DNA of 64,000 nt from Paraspadella gotoi. Its lineage: Eukaryota; Animalia; Chaetognatha. Position 1 is the stretch's first letter, and the number at the start of each line of letters is the position of its first letter. Below, piece by piece: positions 63,492-64,000 of this stretch. The notes beneath the pieces were generated by a model. That model was not told where the DNA came from. It made no database searches and saw only the letters and a list, made by a program, of their open reading frames with translations. The stretch lies in assembly GCA_051294375.1 (NCBI GenBank), contig CM119268.1, positions 7,526,632 to 7,590,631 of the forward strand. The letters run 5' to 3'. Made by a program: the position numbers and the translations under genes.

Positions 63492-63548
<57 letters not shown>

Positions 63549-63860
63549 AGCAGACTTACAGTTTTATCAGTTAAAAGAGCGAATCAAATGTTATCGCAAT
63601 AATGTCAAATAGCTAACCGCAAATCGAAAGGTTTTCTTATAACTTCTCTTATCTCCTTTTTGACAATTTTTTGTAGAATAAAACAAGTACATTTAAATTT
63701 TAAGTAATACACTACAAAAAATGATTCATTCTTAAATATAAATTCGCTTCCACAATCATTTTTTATATCTTTTACACCGTGGCGAGAATTCGAGATTTGG
63801 CGAAAAGCTAAAATCAGGACGACCCCGAAATCTTTGATAGTCTAGAGTCATCGAGGGCAC

Positions 63861-63861
<1 letters not shown>

Positions 63862-63902
<41 letters not shown>

Positions 63903-63903
63903 T
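63862..63903. repeat. (GAC)n trinucleotide microsatellite
   Basis: gacgacgac... run. Confidence 0.9.
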
Positions 63904-64000
63904 TGAATGAAGGGCGGCAGTTGTCAATGAACACGAATTAATAGTGAAGCTACACGAGTTTTTCTAGTCGAACTTTTTTGTTTTGCTTTTAATTCTTTTT

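Overview
Compact, intron-rich invertebrate (metazoan) genomic DNA with GC-rich exons, AT-rich introns, CT/GA microsatellites and two N-gaps. Gene models were assembled by hand from GT-AG junctions. In order: a Fos/ATF3-family bZIP gene (-) head-to-head with intronless jun (+); AKAP1 (KH+Tudor, +); midnolin (-) head-to-head with a divergent 8-coding-exon Myc-family gene (+); a two-domain CBM14 chitin-binding protein (+); ARHGAP11-like RhoGAP (-) head-to-head with progranulin (+); a WAP-domain secreted protein (-); SSADH/ALDH5A1 (-, with a probably artefactual ~1.9 kb duplication); two paralogous N-myristoylation-motif, acidic Ala-rich proteins (one fused to four EF-hands); and a Shisa-like Cys-rich gene. 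The main observation is a ~34 kb cluster of immediate-early genes: both halves of a candidate AP-1 dimer on one shared promoter, plus Myc paired with midnolin, the ubiquitin-independent degrader of immediate-early proteins, with AP-1/CRE sites in both shared promoters. A Penelope-type hammerhead ribozyme lies inside a 64-bp perfect inverted repeat in a midnolin intron. No searches were run; the family calls come from recognising motifs.
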